Below, piece by piece: positions 50,651 through 60,131 of a stretch of 64,000 bases of DNA. This DNA is from Polyangiaceae bacterium (lineage in GTDB: Bacteria; Myxococcota_A; Polyangia; Polyangiales; Polyangiaceae). The position numbers and the translations under genes were made by a program. The notes beneath the pieces were generated by a model that searched no databases, was not told where the DNA came from, and saw nothing but the letters and a program-made list of their open reading frames with translations. The number at the start of each line of letters is the position of its first letter. The stretch's first letter is position 1. Location of the stretch: positions 320,001 to 384,000 of the forward strand of contig JANRKO010000023.1 in assembly GCA_033763455.1 (NCBI GenBank), given 5' to 3'.

Positions 50651-52165
50651 TCACCACCAAAGGCCAGCGAACGCCGTAATCACGTTTTCGTCTTGGTACA
50701 CGCGCTGATCTTGACCCCCGCCTGGGCCATTCGCGATGGTGCCCTTACCGTAGTTGATGCGGCTGTACTGCAAAACCAGCTGGTCATTACTGTTCCAGTC
50801 GGATTTGAAGATCACGCGGGGAGAAATCATCTGATAGGCGAACTCGTTGCCAGCCAGCTGAGCGTTCACTGGCTTTCGAGGATTGTACGAATTCACGACG
50901 TCTGCACGAATCCCAGCAGAAAGCCAGGACATCATGGCGTAAGTGGCCTCTACGCCAAACTTTGATTTCGACTTCCCATCGGTGGTCACGTCGTCGCTAT
51001 CCGTCTTCTCGTAAATTCCAAACACAGAGGCAAACACATCTGGCCCGTAGCCCTCCAGCTCCGGATAGAGGAGATTTGCGATGCTCAAATCGTACTGCGC
51101 ACCGGCTACGAGCATACCCCCATTTCCCTGCGAGCTCGCGCCTACCTTGAAACCCAAATATTCGTCGATGATCCCTTGACCAGAGGTATTAAAGACGCGG
51201 TACCCTCCGCCCAATTTCGGGTAAACGTTAGGGTACTGCACACTCGGGAAGATGTGCTCAAACGTATGTTTACCGCCACCCACATAGAGGTGACCATACT
51301 GCTTCGCGGTAAGCCGGGCTTCAGCCCCAACGAACGTGGCAGTTGGGAAAGCCGGCAAGGTGGTCAGCGCGGCGCTAGCACCTGGCTTCTGGTCGCTGAC
51401 ATTCCTCACATCGATGTAGTGGAGGCCCAGTTGGAGCAAGTGGGCATAGGAAAAACCGCCGTGAAAGTGGGTTGCGATGGTCGGCGCATTCGCATCGAGC
51501 CCCGGGAAACTGAACCCCTGTTCGAGCAAAAAGCCCATGTTGTCGACATTGAAAGCAAGTTGAGTAGTTTCGCCGGGCCCCTTAATGTCCGCGAAGAGTG
51601 GGGTGCCATAGCGCCCTAGATCATTCTCCCCCATGACACCGTACCGGTTGTGGAAATCGCCCACAGTTATCCGAATCATTTGCCCAAGTGCCTCGGTCAG
51701 ATCAACCGTAATGAAGGCGCTCTCAAAGCTCGCCCCCTGCATGAGAAGTGTGCCCTTCACTTCGGGGCTGCCGTAGGTCATTGCCAATTGGACATATCCG
51801 GGCGGAATTGCTCCGGTCCATGCAAATTGGCTGGGATTGCTCCCAGGGTAGAACGCCGGGTAGTGAACGATGGTGTCAGATTGACCTGGGGCCTTGGTAC
51901 GCGCGTCACGAGGCCCCACCGTAAATGTCACGGGTAACTGAAACTGCCCATGAAAGTTAAAAACCCAATCATCGTTACGGGTGGACTCGTAACCATTGTT
52001 AAGGCTGATGTTCCCGCTCGGGTTTGTCGGAGCACCGGGGTCCAACCCGAGGCTCGGCGGAGTGACGCTCATCACCTCTTCGTTGGCTTGTTCCTCCTGC
52101 GCGGCAGCTGGTGCTGAGACAGTGAGACCCGCCAGCACCATCACGCTGATTATGGAGCGTTTCAT
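50651..52165 (-). CDS. Putative outer-membrane beta-barrel protein
   Basis: Signal peptide (MKRSIIS...AAA), amphipathic strands, terminal aromatic residues (GLWW). Confidence 0.65.
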   Translation of the reverse strand: MKRSIISVMVLAGLTVSAPAAAQEEQANEEVMSVTPPSLGLDPGAPTNPSGNISLNNGYESTRNDDWVFNFHGQFQLPVTFTVGPRDARTKAPGQSDTIVHYPAFYPGSNPSQFAWTGAIPPGYVQLAMTYGSPEVKGTLLMQGASFESAFITVDLTEALGQMIRITVGDFHNRYGVMGENDLGRYGTPLFADIKGPGETTQLAFNVDNMGFLLEQGFSFPGLDANAPTIATHFHGGFSYAHLLQLGLHYIDVRNVSDQKPGASAALTTLPAFPTATFVGAEARLTAKQYGHLYVGGGKHTFEHIFPSVQYPNVYPKLGGGYRVFNTSGQGIIDEYLGFKVGASSQGNGGMLVAGAQYDLSIANLLYPELEGYGPDVFASVFGIYEKTDSDDVTTDGKSKSKFGVEATYAMMSWLSAGIRADVVNSYNPRKPVNAQLAGNEFAYQMISPRVIFKSDWNSNDQLVLQYSRINYGKGTIANGPGGGQDQRVYQDENVITAFAGLWW

Positions 52166-52239
52166 TGGCAACCTACCTTCTGAGCCTGGGGTTTTCACAG
52201 AATATCCTCTTCTTCGCTTCAACAGTGTCATGGCCCACC

Positions 52240-54006
52240 TCACCAGTAGATCCCAGCCCGGAACTCGAAGACCTCGGTATCCCCGGGGTTGAGCTTAAGC
52301 ATCTTTTGCCGCTCAGCCGCACCCTTTGACGGAAACGGATGTGTCCACGAAATCTCGAAATATTCAGGGCTCAGCGGGCGAGTCTTGAACTGCACGGTCG
52401 TTTCAAGCTCCGCGTAACGCTGGACATCCGAACTGTCTTCTCTCTTCACGGATGGCTCGGTGTAATTGAGGTCACTCCAAACCACCACACCACCGAATAT
52501 CCGGTAAGAAACGTTCAGGTGGAGCCTGTAGAAGTCCCCCTGCGCAGCAACTTCAGGTAGGGGATCGAACGGCTTCGCATAGGTTCCATCAACCGTAATC
52601 TTCAGATCTCGGCCGTCGGGATCATAATACTCCGGATCTACAAACCTGAACACGCTCACACTGTACCTCGCGGATAGAACGCCCGCGGACTTGCCGCGCC
52701 CCAAGAAGCCGGTGAAAAAACCCTGCCCCTCCTGGCGACCCGGCAAACCTCCGGGGTACCGGCCGACAGGCTCGTAGCTCTTAACGTACTTGGCCTCAAG
52801 CCTTGCCTCCCCCAGCTCATCCCCGAACCATTCAGAAGATGCTGTTACAGCATCCAGCCGCCCGTCCCGGGCCCAGGATTCTGTCAACGCACCGTTGTTT
52901 GCGAACTTGATCGGCGCTGCGTCTTGATTCGTAAAGAGCAGGTAGTCCAACCCAAACCGGTAGCTGCCGTCGTAGTCCGCTGTAACCCGGTAGTTCTGGG
53001 CAACGAGCGCATTTCCAAGGAGAGGGTCGCCTTCGGCGAGCAAGGCAAGGATCTGTCGAAAATCGAGGGTCAAATAAGGGTCCGCCTGCCATTGGGTGAA
53101 GGACTGCACCCCGTAGGAAGTGTTGTTGACGAACCCAATATCCGTGGTTCCGAAGGTCACTTCCGTTTGTAGCTCTGGGAAAAGCGCGGGAAGGTAAACT
53201 ACGCGGAAATCAGACTTGCCCGTGCCGAAATTAACCCGTGTTGACACGGGCCCCTGACTGATTGAGAAACCGAACGAGGCCCTGTCGACTTTAGGGAATA
53301 CGTAGCCGTTGTTATTTTTGCCGGGCAAATGGAAGGTAGTAGCACCAGTACGACCGTTTGTTCCGATTCCCGCCGCGCCGTACCAGATGAACTGCCCGTC
53401 GAAATCCAAGTTCCAAGATTGGGGGCGAATCTTAGACCCAAAAGAAGGGGTCGTGCCTCCGACGGGAGGATTCACACCGGGTGCGTAGGGTGAAAGGCCC
53501 GTAAACGCTGAACCTCGATACCCTGGCACGTACCCAGGGTATTCAAGCTCTGGCGCTCCGGACGGTGTCGCCTGCGAAGGAGGAGTAAGGGAAGGTGCCG
53601 TTGCGGTTACTGCAACTGCAGGCGCCGCGGCTGGGGCTTCGGGTGCTGCCGCGGGTGATCCTGGCGCTACAGCCGGGGCTTCGGGTGCTGCGCCTGGGGC
53701 TTCGGGTGCTGCCGCGGGTGATTCTGGCGCTACGGCTGGAGCTTCGGGTGCCGCCGCTGGAGCTTCGGGTGCCGCTGCTGGAGCTTCGGGCGCCGCTGCT
53801 GGAGCTTCGGGCGCTGCTGGAGCTTCGGGCGCGGCGGGGGCTGCTGGAGCGTCTGGTGCTGCCTGCAAAGGCTCAGGAGCGGGCACGTTTTGAACGGCAC
53901 CAGCGGTGGCGCCTACTTGCGGTGCCGCCATTGCTGGACGAGCCACGGCTGATAGGCCCACACAGGTTCCCACAAGGAGGGCTGGGATTTGAAAGCCGCG
54001 AATCAT
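52240..54006 (-). CDS. Putative outer-membrane beta-barrel protein with N-terminal APEAPAA repeats
   Basis: Signal peptide, Pro/Ala repeats, WNLDFDG, terminal GIYW. Confidence 0.65.
   Translation of the reverse strand: MIRGFQIPALLVGTCVGLSAVARPAMAAPQVGATAGAVQNVPAPEPLQAAPDAPAAPAAPEAPAAPEAPAAAPEAPAAAPEAPAAAPEAPAVAPESPAAAPEAPGAAPEAPAVAPGSPAAAPEAPAAAPAVAVTATAPSLTPPSQATPSGAPELEYPGYVPGYRGSAFTGLSPYAPGVNPPVGGTTPSFGSKIRPQSWNLDFDGQFIWYGAAGIGTNGRTGATTFHLPGKNNNGYVFPKVDRASFGFSISQGPVSTRVNFGTGKSDFRVVYLPALFPELQTEVTFGTTDIGFVNNTSYGVQSFTQWQADPYLTLDFRQILALLAEGDPLLGNALVAQNYRVTADYDGSYRFGLDYLLFTNQDAAPIKFANNGALTESWARDGRLDAVTASSEWFGDELGEARLEAKYVKSYEPVGRYPGGLPGRQEGQGFFTGFLGRGKSAGVLSARYSVSVFRFVDPEYYDPDGRDLKITVDGTYAKPFDPLPEVAAQGDFYRLHLNVSYRIFGGVVVWSDLNYTEPSVKREDSSDVQRYAELETTVQFKTRPLSPEYFEISWTHPFPSKGAAERQKMLKLNPGDTEVFEFRAGIYW
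53621..53863. repeat. Coding tandem repeat, ~21-bp unit encoding APEAPAA (about 11 imperfect copies)
   Basis: Recurrent ggagcttcgggtgc/ggggcttcgggtgc units. Confidence 0.85.
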
Positions 54007-54245
54007 TCGTTCCTTCCTTCTCCAGTCACAGAGTGATCAGGAGTTAACCTGGCACCCACGAACGCCGGAACCTCACTCGGCTCCACAAGCATGCAAGGCG
54101 CTTCTTTTCTCTCACAAATGGAAGCGAAATACGAGCGTAAAATTCAAACCCTCGGACGCCACGACACCGCCTTGCACCTACCCTCGGTAAGTCGGACCTG
54201 ACGTGAAGCACGCCCGCGGCATGGACGCCGCCAAGGCGCACTGCA

Positions 54246-54800
54246 TCAATTGGAGTTAGCGACAGATTCGGCATTCTTCTCGTTAAGACCGCCAGGCGGG
54301 ATCTTGGTTCCGTGCGCGTCCAGAACGAACGTGAGCACCGCCCAATACTGCTCGGGTTCAAGCGAGGCACTCATGGGCGGGTGCTTCTCAGTTAAGAAGG
54401 TGAAGATGTCCTTGGCATTGCGAAAGCGCATCCGCTGCTCACGCTCACCGGAGCCAGGCACCAGGCTCTCTTCGTAAGCTTTGCGCTCGGGGCTGTTCGG
54501 ATCCTGGTTCTGAATGCGGCTTACTGCGGACCGTTTCGCTCGCAACCGCACAGGAAGAGCCGAGCCTCCCATAATTGCCGGGGCACCGGGACCGCCCTGC
54601 CCAATATCGCCGTGGCAGATCTGACAGTTGTCAACGTATACCTTTGCGCCCTCTGCCTCATTGGCCCTAGCGCGAGCAAGTGCTTGCTGGGTTGCACCAC
54701 GCGGACCGGAGCAACCAACCGAGACGACAGCAACCATTATGCCGGCAAGCGGCAGGGTAAGGCGGACCGCGCTTGAGATTCGCTTCATCGGATTCCTCAT
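54246..54800 (-). CDS. Monoheme cytochrome c lipoprotein
   Basis: Lipobox SVGC; CQICH; EQYWAVL helix. Confidence 0.85.
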   Translation of the reverse strand: MRNPMKRISSAVRLTLPLAGIMVAVVSVGCSGPRGATQQALARARANEAEGAKVYVDNCQICHGDIGQGGPGAPAIMGGSALPVRLRAKRSAVSRIQNQDPNSPERKAYEESLVPGSGEREQRMRFRNAKDIFTFLTEKHPPMSASLEPEQYWAVLTFVLDAHGTKIPPGGLNEKNAESVANSN

Positions 54801-55151
54801 GTAACCTTTTTGGCTCTGGGATAGCCCCGTATGTGGGATGCGGGCGCACTCTCGTTCCAGCCCCAGCCGATGTCAACCGTGCAGACTCTGGTTCCCCGAT
54901 GCGCATCCCATGGACGCGATTCCCGGGGATTTGAGGCCACCGATTGCAGGCAACTTCTGCGGGAAAGGGGCCACCGGGCGTAGTGGGTGCCTGTGGCCAG
55001 CCTGGGATGTTTGCCGAGCCCACCACCCGCCACCACAAGCCGCGCGTGGGCACGCAGCCTAGTCGTGTGTAACGTACCGCTTTGAGAACCTCACGTCGAT
55101 CGCTTGGGAAGCGCTTAATTGATTCGATCTCACGGCCGATTCTAACCTCAC

Positions 55152-55592
55152 GTGAGCACGCACTCCTTGATCCATGGTCGACGCATTCTGCTCGTGGATG
55201 ACGACCCACTGATACTTGAGCTCTCAGAAGATCGTCTCCTTAGGGCCGGAGCCATAGTGTTCAGCGCAATAGGGATCCAGTTGGCCCTCGAGCTCGCTCG
55301 CGCGGAGCAACCGGAGTTCATCCTCCTTGACCTCACGATTGGCGACAGCGTCGTCACGCCAGATCTGGTTGGAGAGTTGCAGGCCTGTCTTCATGTAGAA
55401 GGGCGACGCACCATCCTGCACTCTGCTGTCTCGGCCACAGAGCTCTACCGCCAAGCGCACGCCCTTTGCGCACTCGGAGCCATCCAGAAAACTGGGGATG
55501 AACGAATCTTCCTGCACCGCATGCAGCGCCTACTGGAGCTGTCCCAAGCCATCACCCACGGCGCAACGGACAGACCATCCGTTCCCTATTGA
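55152..55592 (+). CDS. Single-domain response regulator
   Basis: ILLVDDD, ILLDL phospho-acceptor, ILHS, IQK. Confidence 0.8.
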   Translation: MSTHSLIHGRRILLVDDDPLILELSEDRLLRAGAIVFSAIGIQLALELARAEQPEFILLDLTIGDSVVTPDLVGELQACLHVEGRRTILHSAVSATELYRQAHALCALGAIQKTGDERIFLHRMQRLLELSQAITHGATDRPSVPY

Positions 55593-55690
55593 GCCATACG
55601 CTGGGGGCAGATTATGTGAAAAACCAGCGCGGCCATTGCCTCCACGCGGCACGGACTGCGATAGTTCGACGCACTTTTGGAGTCTCAAAG

Positions 55691-56566
55691 ATGAGCGCAA
55701 GTATTGTCGCCCAATTCAACTGCGCCACAGGCGAATGCCCACGTTGGCACACTGACGAACGACGCCTGTATTGGACCGACATACCCAGCGGGCGGCTTTA
55801 CTACTTCGATCACAGAACCGGTGAGAGCTGCTGCTGCTACGAAGGGCGGCCGGTAGGAGGCTTCACTATTCAAGCAGATGGTTCCCTGCTTCTCTTTCGC
55901 GATCAAGGTAACGTCGTCGTTTTCAAACATGGTGAGAAAGAACGCACGATCGTGTCGCACATCCCCGGGCTCGAAACCACTCGCTTCAACGACGTAACGG
56001 CGGACCCCGAAGGCCGAGTTTTCGCGGGTACGATGTCTTTCGGTGGGCAGAACAACGGGAAGCTTCTTCGCATTGATTGTGATGGCAAACACGCGCTCAT
56101 CTCCGACGGGCACGCCACCCCCAATGGGATGGGCTTTACTCCAGATCTTTCGCAGCTCTATTTTACTGATTCGCGCTTGCGCCGCATCTACCTGTTGGAG
56201 TTCAACCGCAGCACGGGAGAGCTTTCTAACCCGAAAATTTGGCAGGAAATTGCCGCCACTGACGTCCCTTTAGTGGGTCGCTCCGACGGCATGGCAGTGG
56301 CTTCGGACGGTTCGGTTTGGTCTGCACGCATGGAAGCTGGCGTCGTGATTCGCTACTCACCTGCCGGGGTAGCGTTGGAACGGCATGAGATTGGCACACC
56401 AATGGTAACGAGCGTTACCTTCGGTGGCCCAGAGCTCGACGAAGTGTACGTCACCTCCGCGGGCGGCAAGGCTTCACAACCAATATCCGAGACGGCCGGG
56501 GCCCTCTTCAAGATCCGAGCGGACGCGCGCGGACGTGCGGAGTTTCGCTCCCGCGTTGGACTTTGA
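55691..56566 (+). CDS. SMP-30/gluconolactonase family protein
   Basis: GECPRW, RFND, PNGMGF, DGMAV, VTFGG. Confidence 0.9.
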   Translation: MSASIVAQFNCATGECPRWHTDERRLYWTDIPSGRLYYFDHRTGESCCCYEGRPVGGFTIQADGSLLLFRDQGNVVVFKHGEKERTIVSHIPGLETTRFNDVTADPEGRVFAGTMSFGGQNNGKLLRIDCDGKHALISDGHATPNGMGFTPDLSQLYFTDSRLRRIYLLEFNRSTGELSNPKIWQEIAATDVPLVGRSDGMAVASDGSVWSARMEAGVVIRYSPAGVALERHEIGTPMVTSVTFGGPELDEVYVTSAGGKASQPISETAGALFKIRADARGRAEFRSRVGL

Positions 56567-56593
56567 ACCTGCGAGCAACTAAAAGGAGTGGTG

Positions 56594-57172
56594 ATGAAGA
56601 ACTTATGGCTGATTACTTTGGTGAGCGCGGCAGTTTCAAGTGTGTGCACGCAAGGCCAATGTGAAGAACTGGGCCAGCAGGGCGTCACAAGTCTTGGTGC
56701 CGATCGCTTGAGTGGGCTCTACATGGTCAACACAGGCAACCGCGCCATGCAGCTCGGGGTCGGCGCCGCGCCCGTGTTCGCGCCGCAACCGTATACCTCC
56801 ACTCGCTTTGCTATCGACCACTTCATCAGCCCTTCCCTGAGCCTTGGCGGAACCCTGGCATTTTGGCTAAAAAACGGCCCCGATATCGAGGGTCGCCGTA
56901 ACCGCGCTAATGGTTATTTGGTGGCGCCACGCGTGGGCTACGTCTTGCCAATCACCGATGGCTTTGGCTTCTGGCCGCGCGGCGGTTTCAATTTCTGGGA
57001 CCTAGAAGTGGATGACGAATTCGGCATTACAGCCGAAGCTACGTTCTACGGAGCACTCACCAATAGCTTCGGCCTCACCTTTGGGCCTACCGCGGATCTT
57101 GGGATCGTGGGGGAAGGCAATGAAGGCGTCGCGTGGGGCTTAATCTCATTTGGCTTGTTGGGCTGGCTTTAG
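56594..57172 (+). CDS. Small outer-membrane beta-barrel protein
   Basis: RBS AAGGAG, signal peptide, APRVGY/FWPRGG strands, terminal GWL. Confidence 0.65.
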   Translation: MKNLWLITLVSAAVSSVCTQGQCEELGQQGVTSLGADRLSGLYMVNTGNRAMQLGVGAAPVFAPQPYTSTRFAIDHFISPSLSLGGTLAFWLKNGPDIEGRRNRANGYLVAPRVGYVLPITDGFGFWPRGGFNFWDLEVDDEFGITAEATFYGALTNSFGLTFGPTADLGIVGEGNEGVAWGLISFGLLGWL

Positions 57173-57174
57173 GG

Positions 57175-58497
57175 TTAACCTGGGGCCAGGCTGAGCGGAT
57201 ACAATACCAACACTGGCCCGTCTTTCGGGATGGGCATGCGCAGAGGTTCAAACGTGCGACGCACACACGCGGTAAGCTCTTCGTGCGTAATAATGTCCGG
57301 CCCGGGTGAACTTGCCGCTAGATAGCGAGCACCCTCTGAGTCGAAGCTTACGTCCGCATGGCCCAACGTGGCCGATGGCGGTAACGCACCAACTCGCGCG
57401 TCCATCACGTCACTCACTGAACCGTCCGATTCAATCAGGAAACGAACAACAATGCGCCCACGGAGCCCGCTATCTCGGCTCAGTGCCTTTTGGTAACATG
57501 CAGTTACCTTGGGCGTTTGGCTCTGGATCTGGCGAAGCACGCCCGACTGCTCAACCGTGCCACTCTCCACTTCTAGGCCCAGAAGCTCCGCGGCCTTCAT
57601 GCGGCCCGTAATAGCCTGATCCAGAAATGCGAACTCTACGAGGGGCAATTTGGATCGCGCCGGCAACGCCTTGAGGAGGGTGGCTAAAGTCCGCAATGGA
57701 GTGCTCGGAACCGCCTCAATGACTACCCGGTTACAGGTGACCTCACTTGCCGAACACTCTTTGGCTAGGCGGGCTCTGAGCTCCTCGGGCGGCGCCTTCT
57801 GAGGCAAGAGCACCCGTTTTCTGGTGATGCCTTCAACGACCTGATCTGCCCAGACGAACTCAAAGTTACTGCCTTCGATCCGCACCAAGAGCAAGCGCTT
57901 AGGGCGACGCACGTTAAAAGGCGATTCTTGAGGAAGCGCGCGTGCTGGGGCCTCTGCGCGACCCGCTGGCACCGGCACGGACGCTCCTGCCCCAACTTTC
58001 TCAGGGAGCACCGAAAGACGCATCAACAAGTTATCGTCCCCGCTCTGAACCTTGAGGTTCTGGTAGCCAGCGTGAACCAGAGTGGCAAACACCCCCATGA
58101 ACTGCCCAAGGTGAGCACCTTTGGGGACAACCACCTCATGTGCCTCCGTACCCACCTGCTGGAACACATGCAAAAAGCAGGGCCCCACTCGTTCCCAGAG
58201 CCCTTGCGCGACGCTCGGAGGCCCATTCAGTTCCGCAGTGCCAGAGGCCTCGCCATCCACTCGCACGAGCCCTGCGGCATCCACCTGCACGCTCCGAAAC
58301 CCGCACCTTGCTGGAAGCGGCCCTTGCGGCACGAAGACCTCTTCAGGCCGGTCAGCCCCGGTCGCCCTTTCGTCGTAGGCCATCTTGGACGTATCGAGTT
58401 CCGGATCCCCAAAGGTGGCCCGGTGTGTCACACAGCCGGTAGCAGTCAGCAATACCGACTGAAACCCAAAAAACATCGAGATAAAGCGTCCGCACAT
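57175..58497 (-). CDS. AgmX/PglI C-terminal (TonB_C-like) domain protein
   Basis: VTACYQKAL...LRGRIVVRFLI..DG.V and ACV..F...P..G.V.VLYP; possible lipobox TATGC; start uncertain. Confidence 0.72.
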   Translation of the reverse strand: MCGRFISMFFGFQSVLLTATGCVTHRATFGDPELDTSKMAYDERATGADRPEEVFVPQGPLPARCGFRSVQVDAAGLVRVDGEASGTAELNGPPSVAQGLWERVGPCFLHVFQQVGTEAHEVVVPKGAHLGQFMGVFATLVHAGYQNLKVQSGDDNLLMRLSVLPEKVGAGASVPVPAGRAEAPARALPQESPFNVRRPKRLLLVRIEGSNFEFVWADQVVEGITRKRVLLPQKAPPEELRARLAKECSASEVTCNRVVIEAVPSTPLRTLATLLKALPARSKLPLVEFAFLDQAITGRMKAAELLGLEVESGTVEQSGVLRQIQSQTPKVTACYQKALSRDSGLRGRIVVRFLIESDGSVSDVMDARVGALPPSATLGHADVSFDSEGARYLAASSPGPDIITHEELTACVRRTFEPLRMPIPKDGPVLVLYPLSLAPG

Positions 58498-58558
58498 GGT
58501 TTGCTGCGCATAGCACAAGCCCGTCAAGAATAACTACCCTAGGGCAAACCCTACGTCT

Positions 58559-59623
58559 TCAGTGCGTGCGGGCTTCGAATCCACTGAACAGCTCCACGCC
58601 AACCCTTTCGTCGGTACGCCTGAGCGCTACCACGGCCGACGTATCAACCGAAGCTGCGATTTCCGGGGAGGCCGTTGCGAGCAACCACTGCACGCACGGC
58701 AGGGCACTTTCCAACGCCTCGACGAGGCCTGCTCGAGTAGCCGCGTCTTGATGGAGTTCGGGCTCATCGACGCTTACGACGGCTTCGGCCAATCTTGGAT
58801 CGCGCCCCGGGTACGCTCCCCACAGGGTTCGCACTGGAAGCGCAGCAAATGCCACGAGATGTCGAACCGCGGTCGGCAACGCGTCAAAAGAAATCAATTC
58901 CCGGTAGGGCCCGGCAAAATGGGGCTCGAAAGACTGCGGGTCAAGCCCCTCGTACCGATACCCCAGGAGCCTAACCACACTGTTCACCGCGTGCCGCATT
59001 CCCCCGTCAAGCAGCTTAAAGTCAACGCCTGATGGCCTGCCCGAGCTCTGCAGCGCCGAGGCAATCCCCGCGTATGCCAATGCTTGCTTAGTTTCTCGCC
59101 CGAGATCGTGGCGTTCCTCGAAAGAGAGCGAACCTCGCACATCGTAGCGCGCCAGGGTGCGAAGCGGCGCGTTGAGAGCCAGTGGCTGAGCAGAGAACCA
59201 TCGACTGCTGGGTATCGCGAGATACGCAAATCCCCCCTCCTTCGCGACGCGATCGAAAACCGTTTGCTCACGACGCCGCGCTACTTCCTGTACATCATCC
59301 GCGCAAACGCGGGTGCTTGGGCTTGCCAAGCAAAGGGGGTGCTGCCGCTCGCGGTCATCTTGCCCCAGCGACCAATAGGTCACCGCGGAGGGAAGCCGCT
59401 CAGCTTCAGTCGGGAACTGGGACCTTCGATCGACAAGAGCTGGCGATAGGATCGCACTTACGGCACCGGGCCTGGTGTTGCCAATCGCCAAGAGCAGACT
59501 CGTCTTGCCCACGCCTCCCGCCCCATGAATCACGGTCGATGCGCGTGCCGCACCCTCTCCTAGTGACAGGCTCACTGCCTCAAAAGGCCCCACTTGGGTG
59601 AGCTCGACTCGCAAAAGACGCAC
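58559..59623 (-). CDS. AAA_21/ABC-type ATPase-like protein with degenerate motifs
   Basis: GAGGVGKT Walker A, VSVDEPELH Walker B; GTG start at 59623. Confidence 0.7.
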   Translation of the reverse strand: MRLLRVELTQVGPFEAVSLSLGEGAARASTVIHGAGGVGKTSLLLAIGNTRPGAVSAILSPALVDRRSQFPTEAERLPSAVTYWSLGQDDRERQHPLCLASPSTRVCADDVQEVARRREQTVFDRVAKEGGFAYLAIPSSRWFSAQPLALNAPLRTLARYDVRGSLSFEERHDLGRETKQALAYAGIASALQSSGRPSGVDFKLLDGGMRHAVNSVVRLLGYRYEGLDPQSFEPHFAGPYRELISFDALPTAVRHLVAFAALPVRTLWGAYPGRDPRLAEAVVSVDEPELHQDAATRAGLVEALESALPCVQWLLATASPEIAASVDTSAVVALRRTDERVGVELFSGFEARTH

Positions 59624-59696
59624 GGCGGACCAAGCATACCCCAAGCCGCCTTTCAGAAGTCGGCAATTGCCAGAAAACGGGCTACAAGGGCCGCCC

Positions 59697-60125
59697 ATGC
59701 AACTTCGCACAGAGCTAGAAATCCTGGCCGCTCCAGAGAAGATCTGGGAAATTCTTCTAGATTTTGGGCGTTACCAGGAATGGAATCCTTTTATCGTTTC
59801 CCTCAAAGGTGAGGCACAAATGGACCAGCGCCTTGAGGTCTGCGTGGCACTTCCAGAAAATGGGGGCACCCGCACCTTTCGCCCCATCGTCACCAGTTGC
59901 GAGGCACCGCTCACACTGGCCTGGCGCGGGGAGTTGGGGTTTCCGTGGCTGTTCGCCGGCCATCACGTCTTCGAGCTGCATCCGCTTTCGGAGGGTCGAA
60001 CGCGGTTCGTGCACAGCGAGAGCTTCACAGGGCTCTTGACGCGGTTTATGGGTCGCACATTAACGCTTACTGGACGCGGATTTGTGTACATGAACCAGGC
60101 GCTCAAGAAGCGCGCCGAGAGCTGA
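59697..60125 (+). CDS. SRPBCC (polyketide cyclase/dehydrase) domain protein
   Basis: A.PEKIWEIL.DF..Y.EWNPF, F.G.H.F, MNQALK.RAE. Confidence 0.88.
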   Translation: MQLRTELEILAAPEKIWEILLDFGRYQEWNPFIVSLKGEAQMDQRLEVCVALPENGGTRTFRPIVTSCEAPLTLAWRGELGFPWLFAGHHVFELHPLSEGRTRFVHSESFTGLLTRFMGRTLTLTGRGFVYMNQALKKRAES

Positions 60126-60131
60126 CATTGG

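Noticed and set aside
58531..58555. CCTAGGG/TAGGGT-like intergenic motifs (also near 5506, 5543, 47797) as a REP family
   Set aside because: The shared core is only 6-7 bp and the flanks differ.
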